Shown here in pieces: positions 1 through 8,233 of a stretch of DNA of 64,000 nt. Origin of the DNA: Candidatus Dojkabacteria bacterium (GTDB taxonomy: Bacteria; Patescibacteriota; Dojkabacteria; SC72; JAHDCA01); the NCBI GenBank assembly GCA_030583845.1, contig CP129478.1:843686-907685 (forward strand), in the 5' to 3' direction. Under the pieces are notes generated by a model. It made no database searches. It was not told where the DNA came from and saw only the letters and a program-made list of their open reading frames with translations. The stretch's first letter is position 1. Every line of letters starts with the position of its first letter. The translations under genes and the position numbers were made by a program.

Positions 1-798
1 GGCATTTTTGCTTGAATCGGTCTGTCGAATGCTTTTGCGGTTTTTATCTGCTCGAGCACGCTCTCATCTTTCTCAAAATGGGAGAGACACTCGTCGATGA
101 ACTGTAGCTCTCTTTCAAAATCCATGTTTCCGTATAGGACGATCTTGGCGTTTGTAGGATGATAATACTTTTTGTGGAATTTAATGAAATTTTCATATGT
201 GAGGTCGGGAATATTTTCTGGCTCACCGCCTGAGTTGTTGGCATATGTTGTACCAGGGAAGAGGGTTTTGTTCACCGCTTTGTCGACTACACTGTCCACA
301 TTTGACATGCCTCCCTTCATTTCATTAAATACAACACCTTTGTAGATCAGCTCGTTTTTATCATTAAATTCATAATGCCAGCCCTCCTGTTTTAATGTCT
401 CTTCGGTGATAAGTGGGTGGAATACCGCGTCCATATAAACCGAGATAAGATTGTGCAAGTCCTCATCATTTTCGCTTGAAACTGGGTAAAGCGTTTTGTC
501 CGGAAAAGTCCAAGCATTAATGTAGGTATTTAATGAAGTCCTAGCCATCTGGATAAATGGATCTTTTACGGGGTATTTCTCCGAGCCACCTAAAACTGAG
601 TGCTCAAGAATATGCGCAACTCCAGTGGAATCTTGCGGTATCGTTCTGAAATTGATCGAGAATAGTTTATTGGTGTCATCGTTTTTCAGCAGCAGGATCT
701 GTGCGCCTGTCTTCTTATGCTCGAGTAGTGTACTCTTAAGCCCAACTTCTTTTACCTCTTCAGTCTTTAGGATAGTGTAATGTTCATTATCTTTCATT
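1..798 (-). CDS. M16-family (insulinase-like) zinc peptidase, N-terminal part (gene continues beyond window start)
   Basis: Translation from ATG (complement of 796-798) reads MKDNEHYTILK... and contains the inverted zinc motif HILEH (HxxEH) typical of M16 peptidases. ORF runs off the window edge so it is absent from the ORF track. Confidence 0.65.
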
Positions 799-1105
799 AA
801 AAAGGTATTTTTAGTTTAGCTGTCTTAATTGGGCACTCCCTATTTTATCAGATAATAAAGGCAGATTTTGCTGCATGATGTCCTGTAGTAGTAATTTGTA
901 AGCTTTGTGTAAGTAGTTGCACCCACCGCCGATATATTTATTAGATAGCACCCAACCTGATCCCTTTGGGTGCTTTTCTTTTATAGAGGTTGTTGGTTAT
1001 AAGATGCTCATGTATTGGAGTTTTCGCTTCGTTTAATGTTGCCTCAGAATTCTTAATGTCAAAATTTCCTGAAAAGTACGCTTTGAAAGCGCACTTTTGT
1101 TATCC

Positions 1106-1129
1106 GCTCAGACCCGAACGGGTCTGAGC
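1106..1129. promoter_or_regulatory. perfect 24-bp palindrome GCTCAGACCCGAACGGGTCTGAGC in divergent intergenic region (copy 1 of 2)
   Basis: Seen directly. A near-identical palindrome recurs at 19041-19068. Both lie between divergently transcribed genes, so a candidate operator or hairpin element. Confidence 0.5.
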
Positions 1130-1185
1130 ACTTCAAGGCTGACCTGCGGTATAATAGAGATGGATAAATTTTCATTATTCGGGGG

Positions 1186-1470
1186 ATGACAAGATCAACA
1201 GCACAAAGATATGCGAATATTTTTCAGTCCTTAACAGAGGCTGAGTCTCTTGTAATGTTGGATTATCTGAGGCAAAAGGGTGGAGAAGTTACGCTGAAAG
1301 AGCTTGCAGATGAGGCAAACACTTCTGAATCACGGGCTCGTGGACTCCTTGAAGAGCTAGAGCAGGTGTACCTGGTTAATGAAAATCGTGAGAATGGCGA
1401 AACAACCTACTACTATGAGTCAACGACAGTGGCAGATAGGTTGAGATATATCTTGGATCGCATGGAGTAA
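1186..1470 (+). CDS. small winged-helix DNA-binding protein (MarR/ArsR/TrmB-like), putative transcriptional regulator
   Basis: 94 aa with a helix-turn-helix-like segment VTLKELADEANTSESRARGLLEELEQ. A TATAAT-like -10 (ggtataat) sits ~35 nt upstream. Family assignment is weak. Confidence 0.4.
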   Translation: MTRSTAQRYANIFQSLTEAESLVMLDYLRQKGGEVTLKELADEANTSESRARGLLEELEQVYLVNENRENGETTYYYESTTVADRLRYILDRME

Positions 1471-1509
1471 GCCTAGTTTTGAGCTCAAATCAATTTTTAC
1501 ACTGACGCC

Positions 1510-2316
1510 ATGGACAGCCTTGTACTAGATAAAGTGGTATCTTCAGTTCTCTCATCAAAAAAATATCGTTACCTCTATGAGCCCACAATCAGGCGCACTG
1601 TTGAGGAGCTCGCAACACGCTATCCTGAGAAAAAGCTTGATAATGAAACTCGCAAGAGGCTCCACCAGCTGTGGGGCGCCTACATTAAGCGACCGAATTT
1701 CATGAAAGTTTTAGAGCAGGTAGAGGCCGACATAACCTCCGGAGCTGAGGCGAAGGATGTTTTGCTACCACTTCTGAGGCTGCAAACATCTACCGAAGAG
1801 CGAATCCCAGTAGTTAATGAAATCTATCTTAAAATAGCCGAGAGCATTGACGCCAAGATAGAGAGTATCGTTGAGTATGGGGCAGGAATGAACGCACTTA
1901 CATATCCTTGGATGCAGGAGGCATTCGGGCAAAGTGTTAAATACACAGGAGTTGACGTTGATAGTGAGCTGGCAGATTTTCAGAACAGAATTTTCATGAA
2001 ATTAGGCCTAGAGGAGCGTGCGAAGGCGATTCAAGGTGATATTTTGTGCGACGAGCTGCTTGAGGCTGATGTTGTTTTCCTGTTTAAGTTGTTGCCGCTT
2101 TTGGAGCATCAGGTAAAAGGTAGCGGTGGAGAGATTTTAAAACAGCTAAAGGCGAAGTATATAGTGGTGACCTTTCCAACTAAGTCGATTGGCGGAAAAG
2201 AGAAGGGGATGGTCGATAATTATCGGACGCTTATCTCAGCTGTCACATCGGGGGAAGAGTGGGCTGTAGAAGAGGTATTAATGGAGAGTGAAGTCTTGTT
2301 CGTCATTTCCAAATAA
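1510..2316 (+). CDS. 16S rRNA (guanine1405-N7)-methyltransferase, ArmA/RmtB (FmrO) family homologue
   Basis: Shares the family's characteristic blocks, for example SSKKYRYL...RKRLHQLWGAYI...STEER...VVFLFKLLPLLEHQ...TFPTKSIGGKEKGMVDNY...VLFVISK, and is of similar length. Confidence 0.7.
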   Translation: MDSLVLDKVVSSVLSSKKYRYLYEPTIRRTVEELATRYPEKKLDNETRKRLHQLWGAYIKRPNFMKVLEQVEADITSGAEAKDVLLPLLRLQTSTEERIPVVNEIYLKIAESIDAKIESIVEYGAGMNALTYPWMQEAFGQSVKYTGVDVDSELADFQNRIFMKLGLEERAKAIQGDILCDELLEADVVFLFKLLPLLEHQVKGSGGEILKQLKAKYIVVTFPTKSIGGKEKGMVDNYRTLISAVTSGEEWAVEEVLMESEVLFVISK

Positions 2317-2346
2317 CGACGGTGGTGGTCACCTACTGACAGTATT

Positions 2347-3279
2347 TTGGCAGATCTGCGATATACTCGCATGAAACCTGGGAAACAACAAACGCCGCTA
2401 TGGAGAGGTGACACTGGATATCTTACGAGACAGGAGACTGAAGACCCTAATGGGTGCCTTGGCTCGCCGTTTGAATTTATAACAAAAGCTGACTCACGAG
2501 AGGCTGGAGCAGCGAGAAGGGTGCTCATTGCTGAGCTTCTGAATATTACTGATGAAATTGCACATCCTTTGACAGGCAAGCTTTCTCCTGGTACTCATGC
2601 AGCTGTGGCACGGAGGGAATTCATACTACAGGCAGCAATTGGCTTAGGGCTTCTCACAGAAAGGGAAGGGCAAGCATTAGTCAACCCGTATATATTGGAT
2701 GACGAGGTGATTGATATTTATGAACCACATCGAGAGAAGTGGGATATGGAACGTTTTGTTAGGCGTAGCATGTACGAGCGTTCACAGTCACGGAAGGTTG
2801 GCCTGCTACTTTTCTATAAGCAACAATATATATCGACGCTGGAGGCATTTTTATGCCGTCAAGCAGCAATGTCTTGTGGGTACTTAATATGTGCAACTGT
2901 GAGCGATAGCTCACTTGGGAAGGTGTTGAGGATGCATCCAAAAACAACTGAGGAATACAGACTCGCAACGCTGAGCCAGATACCGTACACAGAAAATACG
3001 GTAATATCATTTGAAGGCAATATATTTGACGGGTCACTTCAAAGACAGATAATGGAGCTTGGAGTAGATCACCTTTTCTTGCCGACAGCAAATATAATGC
3101 AGGTAAGGGATTATTTTGCAGGATTCAGAGTGTCTGTTCGGCCAGGTGCTCCAACAGAAAATCCTGGTTATTTGGATCCTACAAATATTTTTGCTAGCTA
3201 TTCTGGTGGATTACTCAAGAATTGGAGATTTAGACAGCTTCCTGAATCTACGACAAAACCGTTCAAAAAGGTTGGATAA
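2347..3279 (+). CDS. hypothetical protein, 310 aa, possibly translationally coupled to the upstream methyltransferase
   Basis: Long ORF 31 nt downstream of the Rmt-like gene. No motif recognised. Confidence 0.4.
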   Translation: MADLRYTRMKPGKQQTPLWRGDTGYLTRQETEDPNGCLGSPFEFITKADSREAGAARRVLIAELLNITDEIAHPLTGKLSPGTHAAVARREFILQAAIGLGLLTEREGQALVNPYILDDEVIDIYEPHREKWDMERFVRRSMYERSQSRKVGLLLFYKQQYISTLEAFLCRQAAMSCGYLICATVSDSSLGKVLRMHPKTTEEYRLATLSQIPYTENTVISFEGNIFDGSLQRQIMELGVDHLFLPTANIMQVRDYFAGFRVSVRPGAPTENPGYLDPTNIFASYSGGLLKNWRFRQLPESTTKPFKKVG

Positions 3280-3281
3280 GC

Positions 3282-4016
3282 TTACTCAATTTCATAACTC
3301 ACCTTCGTACTCCCACCCTTACACTTCACCTTCGTCACCCTCAAACCCACAAGCTCACTAATATTCTTCACATGTGGCGCTCCACAAGGCATGAATAGAT
3401 CATCCCAAACAGCCACAATCCTGATCGGCTTACCTTCTGGCAGAGCAGACGGAGTCACATAGCATAAATTTGGCAGCTCATTCGCATTCGCCATCCTGGT
3501 TTTAACCTCATAACCGCTTGCAATCATTTTATCAAGCTCCTCCTGTAGCTTCACCTTCACAGCCTCACGCTCTTCAGGCTCTATCGTCCCTTCGTACTCA
3601 ACACTCGCACCCTCAGGAAAGTGAAACCCTTTGGTTGGCCTAAAGTGGGCATAACCCACGTTTCGCATTGCAATATCGATGAGATGTCCTGCGCTTTGCA
3701 GCTTGTTAATAATCAATCTGCGCTGCTCATCTACCAGCAGATTAACCTGCTCGCCCACAGTGAAGCTTCCGGAGCTGTATTTCCCGATATGGTGTACCAA
3801 CCCATCTTTGAATCTCACCTCCTCTACATCGAATTTGCCATTGTCAGAGCTGATCCATCCCTGGTCATATGGTGAGCCGCCACCCTGAGGGTAGAATACT
3901 GTATGATCGAGGAAAAGTAGGTCTCTACCATCCTCACTCTTATCCATGCCAATAATCTTGGCCTTTTGCTGCAACAGATATGAATCTTCCATGTAGAGTA
4001 GGGTGGTTGGGGACAT
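3282..4016 (-). CDS. AlaX-like alanyl-tRNA editing (tRNA_SAD) domain protein
   Basis: N-terminal LDHTVFYPQGGGSPYDQG block and a CxxxH motif (CGAPHV) typical of AlaRS/ThrRS editing domains. The HxxxH motif appears as QSAGH, partly degenerate. Confidence 0.5.
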   Translation of the reverse strand: MSPTTLLYMEDSYLLQQKAKIIGMDKSEDGRDLLFLDHTVFYPQGGGSPYDQGWISSDNGKFDVEEVRFKDGLVHHIGKYSSGSFTVGEQVNLLVDEQRRLIINKLQSAGHLIDIAMRNVGYAHFRPTKGFHFPEGASVEYEGTIEPEEREAVKVKLQEELDKMIASGYEVKTRMANANELPNLCYVTPSALPEGKPIRIVAVWDDLFMPCGAPHVKNISELVGLRVTKVKCKGGSTKVSYEIE

Positions 4017-4033
4017 TATGGTAATTCTCTAGG

Positions 4034-5320
4034 TTATCTTGTGATTATATCACGGTCAGCTTCTTCCTTTGCTTTCAGCCGACTTAGTAATAATGTCGTC
4101 AGTGGCACCAGTAACAGCACTGCTGCTATACCAAGTGCACTCCACACAAAACGATTGCTATATTCATCCTGGAATGGCCCACTAATAAACAACACTGCCA
4201 TATATACACCGCTCACAAGCAGATTCAGTCCAGACATCGCAGTTGCCCTATATTTAGACTCAAGCTCCTCGTTTACGTAGTTATCAAGTAGCGCCCTTTG
4301 CATCGCACTCGTGAGATTTAGACCAAAAATTAAGAAATACACCACCAATTTGCTCGCATAGTAGCCGGGAACGAGCGACACAATAAGTATTGCCGCCATC
4401 GATACATAGAGAAGTTTTTTGTTCATAATCTTGCTCTCATTTCGTGTCAAAAAGAGCACGACAAGTGTGCTAATCAAGTATAGCGAAGCAAAAACCCAGC
4501 TCTGCTCCTTTTCAGTGTATCCCGAATCTTTTGCAAATGTATTTACGAAATAGTCCTGGCAGACCCAGATTATTCCAACCACGACTGTGTAGTATGCTGT
4601 AAGGCTTTTCAAGTATGGAGTTCTCAGCAGATGTATGAATCCCTTTTTGGCTTGGCGGGTATAATTCTTTAATGTGAATTTGTAGCTCTCGACATCTGGC
4701 TCAATCAAGAAGACCGACACAATGGCCATAACCATGTAAGCCAAGCCCCGCAAGATGAATGGTAGTCCCTCAAAATATTGATACAAATAGCCTCCGCTAA
4801 GTACGGCAGCGACCATGAGGGCCCGCCTCACCAAAGAGCTTTTGGCCACAATGCCTGGGAACTTCTTCTCGTCTCCGCACTCTTTTAATGAATCATACAG
4901 CAGTGCCTTATCCGCACCAGATACGAATGCATTCCCGGCTGCCTCCCCAAGCCAGGCGACATAGAACATCCAAGGTGCAAAAGAGAACCCTAGAAAGATT
5001 CGGAAGACTCCTATTAGTACCTGTCCAATGATGATAGTTCTCTTCCTGCCGATGAGGTCGGCTAACGCACCAGTTGGCAGCTCAAGAATAAGCGTAACGA
5101 AGTATGAAAGTCCGGCAATAAAGGCAAGCTGAGAGTAATCGAGATACTGCTGGTGGAATGCAACCCATACTGGGATGGTGAAGAGGAGTCCGCTTAACGC
5201 GTTGCTGATGTAGTAGACGGTGACGTTTCGTTTTAATCCGGTTGTGTGGTCCATTTGTTGTATGGTCGGGATAGCGGAGTATAGCAATAAATGTGTCTTT
5301 GAAATAGTCGTTTCGAACAA
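4034..5320 (-). CDS. MFS (major facilitator superfamily) transporter
   Basis: About 12 predicted hydrophobic helices and an MFS-like GRKRTIIIG loop motif. The true start is probably the internal Met (MDHTTGLKR, ~5254). Confidence 0.7.
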   Translation of the reverse strand: MFETTISKTHLLLYSAIPTIQQMDHTTGLKRNVTVYYISNALSGLLFTIPVWVAFHQQYLDYSQLAFIAGLSYFVTLILELPTGALADLIGRKRTIIIGQVLIGVFRIFLGFSFAPWMFYVAWLGEAAGNAFVSGADKALLYDSLKECGDEKKFPGIVAKSSLVRRALMVAAVLSGGYLYQYFEGLPFILRGLAYMVMAIVSVFLIEPDVESYKFTLKNYTRQAKKGFIHLLRTPYLKSLTAYYTVVVGIIWVCQDYFVNTFAKDSGYTEKEQSWVFASLYLISTLVVLFLTRNESKIMNKKLLYVSMAAILIVSLVPGYYASKLVVYFLIFGLNLTSAMQRALLDNYVNEELESKYRATAMSGLNLLVSGVYMAVLFISGPFQDEYSNRFVWSALGIAAVLLLVPLTTLLLSRLKAKEEADRDIITR

Positions 5321-5353
5321 TTCGGGAAATTTGTTTTCTATTTTGAAGCGAAA

Positions 5354-5629
5354 CTAGTAGGTGATATCTAGTTTCTTCTTCAACTCTCTAACCTTTCTCT
5401 GTTTTCTAACATTCTTTTGAACTACATATAGCGAAAAAACTATACCAAAAAGCCCTCCTAACAGTATCAAGATATCTTTAAGCTGGTTTGAAGTAACATA
5501 GGAGTTAACCAGGTAGATACCAATCATTACCGCTGTGTTTACCTGGATTGCTTCTGTAGCCAGGATGTTTTTGCTTCTTTGGAGAGTAGCTATCTGAATA
5601 TTTATTTTTTCAAGCTCTTCTTGGCTCAT
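5354..5629 (-). CDS. small membrane protein, hypothetical
   Basis: 91 aa with one or two hydrophobic helices and a basic C-terminus. Confidence 0.35.
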   Translation of the reverse strand: MSQEELEKINIQIATLQRSKNILATEAIQVNTAVMIGIYLVNSYVTSNQLKDILILLGGLFGIVFSLYVVQKNVRKQRKVRELKKKLDITY

Positions 5630-5663
5630 AACAGATTGTACTATACTGGTGGCAATGTTAGAA

Positions 5664-6134
5664 CTAATAGGTTTCAGACCCTACGGCTAAAGCAAGCTTC
5701 TCTTTCATATCGCCAAGATGCTCCGCTTCTAAGTGCCAGATGTCGTCTGTGAGAAATTTTAAGGGTGTAAGATCTCGTCCTTCCCAGATCGGTTTATCCC
5801 ACAACTCCACGGGGAATGTGCGATAGGTTTGCAGTAGCTGTTTACTGAGCTGTACAAACTCATTGTAGACCTTATCCCAAGTCCAATCCTTGCGAGCGCT
5901 AATGCCTTCCAGGTTAAATTGGTCTATATCCGGATGCCAGAAAGGCTCGGTTCCGTCTTTTAGTGAGTCCAAGCATTCCAGATCATGCTCCATCCAGTGG
6001 TTGAGGTGCGAGACAATGTCTTTAAGACTCCATTTATCGAATATAAGGGTCTCTCGTTGTTCGCGGGGGAATTGGTCAATTACATCCAAAATTTGATCTC
6101 TTACGGCCTCAAATTTTTCGATGTTGTCTTGCAT
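5664..6134 (-). CDS. ClbS/DfsB (DUF1706) family four-helix-bundle protein
   Basis: Pattern KWSLKDIVSHLNHWME resembles the DUF1706/ClbS signature (WSVKDxLAHLxxWE). 156 aa. Confidence 0.4.
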   Translation of the reverse strand: MQDNIEKFEAVRDQILDVIDQFPREQRETLIFDKWSLKDIVSHLNHWMEHDLECLDSLKDGTEPFWHPDIDQFNLEGISARKDWTWDKVYNEFVQLSKQLLQTYRTFPVELWDKPIWEGRDLTPLKFLTDDIWHLEAEHLGDMKEKLALAVGSETY

Positions 6135-6162
6135 TCCGGTTCAATATTTATGAGGGTGTCAT

Positions 6163-6549
6163 TGGCTCTGCGGGAAGGATTCGAACCTTCAACCCACTGG
6201 TTACACGTACTCCTCATATTTCTATGAGGCGTGGACTATCTCATCGCCATTGCTATTAGCATTAGGCGCAAGGCACTTCCCACACGTAGTAAAACTACGA
6301 GCAGTACGAGCATCGCTCTAGTCTCTGAACCTTCCCTTTCAGTTGCCTGAAGTTGGGCTAGGCTGCGGATTTCCATTACCTCTTATCATGTCTACCGTCG
6401 AGTAGACGAGGGTTAGGGTTCCCGCAATTCACCTTGTTATACATCTAGCGCTTTCGCGCTAAAGCTGCCGTAAACCTGCGTGGATTTCTCTCAAAACCCA
6501 CACACGTGTTAATGAACAGCCAGTTGCTCTACCATTGAGCTACCGCAGA
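6163..6549 (-). tRNA. tRNA (most likely Asn-GUU; Thr-UGU alternative) interrupted by a group I intron in the anticodon loop
   Basis: 5' exon TCTGCGGTAGCTCAATGGTAGAGCAACTGGCTGTT and 3' exon AACCAGTGGGTTGAAGGTTCGAATCCTTCCCGCAGAGCCA fold into a full cloverleaf with a 7-bp acceptor, D-arm, anticodon stem ACTGG/CCAGT, T-arm GAAGG-TTCGAAT-CCTTC and encoded CCA. U1-A72 and discriminator G73 favour Asn. Confidence 0.7.
6203..6514 (-). ncRNA. group I self-splicing intron (IC3-like), ~312 nt, no ORF
   Basis: Group I core elements in RNA sense: P-like AAUUGCGGGAA, Q-like AAUCCGCAGCC, R/P7 GGUUCAGAGACUAGA and S/P7' GAGAUAGUCC. Exact splice junctions are ambiguous by a few nt (after U33 or after U35/U36). 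Confidence 0.65.
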
Positions 6550-6719
6550 ATAATGAACAGGACATTATACTTTCACAGGTTAAAATGTGCAACAAGCCCG
6601 CTAAAACAGCACTACCTTGGCACTCCATCTAAAATTTGGCGACCTTAATATGGGCTTTAAAGATCACCCTGTATAAAGTAAAATAGTTAAACCAATCTAA
6701 TATATTTCTTACATCAGTA

Positions 6720-7301
6720 ATGTTCAGAAAATACCTAGCCGCCCTTTTTGTGACAGCGTTTGTAGCACTATTTAGCGTTACTACTGTTTTCGCACAAGAT
6801 ACAGAAGAAACACTTGACGTTGAGACGACCGATGAAAGTGCTGCAACTGAAGTCGAGAACGGTGGATTGCCAGAGCAGACCTTCCTTATCTACGTACATG
6901 AAGATTGCCCTCACTGCCAGAGAGTTGAAGCATTTGTTGAAGAGCAGGGGATACAGGACCAGGTAGAATATGTGGAGCTAAAGAATAACCAGGAGAATAT
7001 GGATGCGCTTCAAGCTGAATGGGAGAAATTTAATGTGCCTACAAGTGATCAAGGATGGCCGTTTATGGTTTATGAAGATGAGAACGGTGATGAGACCTAC
7101 GCGACCGGTGACGAGCCAATTATCCAGATCTTGAGCCAGTACAACGGTATCCCATACACAGCTCCTGATAATGGAGAGGATACTACTACATCTGATTCGC
7201 CTAGTGGTGGGTTGGGTGACAGCGTATTCCTAGTGTTAGGAGGAGTTGTACTGATGTTCATCGTCGGCTACGGAGTGTATTCAGCTGCTAGCAAGAAATA
7301 G
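6720..7301 (+). CDS. secreted or membrane-anchored thioredoxin-fold protein (CPHC active site)
   Basis: N-terminal signal peptide, an acidic linker, a CPHC redox motif and a C-terminal hydrophobic anchor. Confidence 0.5.
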   Translation: MFRKYLAALFVTAFVALFSVTTVFAQDTEETLDVETTDESAATEVENGGLPEQTFLIYVHEDCPHCQRVEAFVEEQGIQDQVEYVELKNNQENMDALQAEWEKFNVPTSDQGWPFMVYEDENGDETYATGDEPIIQILSQYNGIPYTAPDNGEDTTTSDSPSGGLGDSVFLVLGGVVLMFIVGYGVYSAASKK

Positions 7302-7374
7302 TAAGTCTTAGCAGGCTTCGATACGTTGTGGGCTTCTACTTGCTCGACCCGATTCGTGAAATTTCCATAAATAT

Positions 7375-8199
7375 GTGTTAAACATGTATATGGAAAGAAC
7401 ACGTTTTGCGGCCGTTGCAGGACAATTTTACCCTTTGGATCCGGCCGAACTTGAGGGCTCAATAGCAGATATGCTCGACCCTTCAGCTGAAGATATCATT
7501 GATAGCCGGAGATTCAAGGCATTTATACTTCCACACTCCAGCTATAAGCAGTGTGGCGTGGTGATGGGTGCAGGATATGCCAAGCTGCTTGAAAGAGAGA
7601 TAGATGAGGTATTTGTGATGTCAGGCACACATTTCCATCAAGCAGAAGGCGTCATAATGTCTGACTTTAGCAGGTGGGAGACGCCTTTGGGCTATGTTGA
7701 GGAATCACATAGGCGGAATCAGATCGCCGGCTCGGATGATTCAGCGGCTCAAAACCTTATACAGCAAGACAATGATCCATTCGACGGCGAGCATGCAATC
7801 GAGGTGCATCTTCCTGTGCTGCAGTATCTGTGGGGTGAAGAGTTTAGATTCTTACCACTGATTATTGGCAAGGGTAGCCCGAGGCTTGCAGCAAATAGCT
7901 TGGTCAAATTTATTGACCCTGATGATTTGATCATATGCAGCAGCGAGCTTTCGCACGGATATCCAGCAGACTACGCTAAGGATATAGACAAGCGAGCGAT
8001 TGATTCGATACTGAAGCTCGATGTCGATGCTATCTTGCACGACTCATTTAAGGCGTTCTCTATAAATTCAATAGCCACTCTCGTCGAGATTGCTAGGCTG
8101 AAAGTATGGAAAGCGGAGCTATTGATGTATAAAAACTCATCTGAGTTTGTCAAAAATGACAGCAAAACCTCCGGCTATGTTGCGATTGGCTTCTACTGA
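7375..8199 (+). CDS. Memo-like protein (AmmeMemoRadiSam system protein B, MEMO1 family)
   Basis: AVAGQFYP near the N-terminus and the EHAIEVHLPVLQY metal-binding motif of the Memo family. Likely start at the MERTRF Met (~7390). Confidence 0.7.
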   Translation: MLNMYMERTRFAAVAGQFYPLDPAELEGSIADMLDPSAEDIIDSRRFKAFILPHSSYKQCGVVMGAGYAKLLEREIDEVFVMSGTHFHQAEGVIMSDFSRWETPLGYVEESHRRNQIAGSDDSAAQNLIQQDNDPFDGEHAIEVHLPVLQYLWGEEFRFLPLIIGKGSPRLAANSLVKFIDPDDLIICSSELSHGYPADYAKDIDKRAIDSILKLDVDAILHDSFKAFSINSIATLVEIARLKVWKAELLMYKNSSEFVKNDSKTSGYVAIGFY

Positions 8200-8233
8200 T
8201 AGAGCCAAGCCGGCTCTCTGTGTATAATCCGGT

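Noticed and set aside
3116-3361. 81-aa ORF overlapping the 3' end of the 2347-3279 gene and the AlaX-like gene
   Set aside because: Pro/Ser-rich low-complexity translation spanning two better-supported genes. Likely spurious.
6163-6549. Considered tmRNA (ssrA) because of the ~390-nt span with tRNA-like ends
   Set aside because: The 5' part has a genuine D-arm and anticodon stem, unlike tmRNA. There is no G3:U70 Ala identity pair. No tag-peptide reading frame ending in ...AA-stop is evident, and the insert carries group I core motifs instead.
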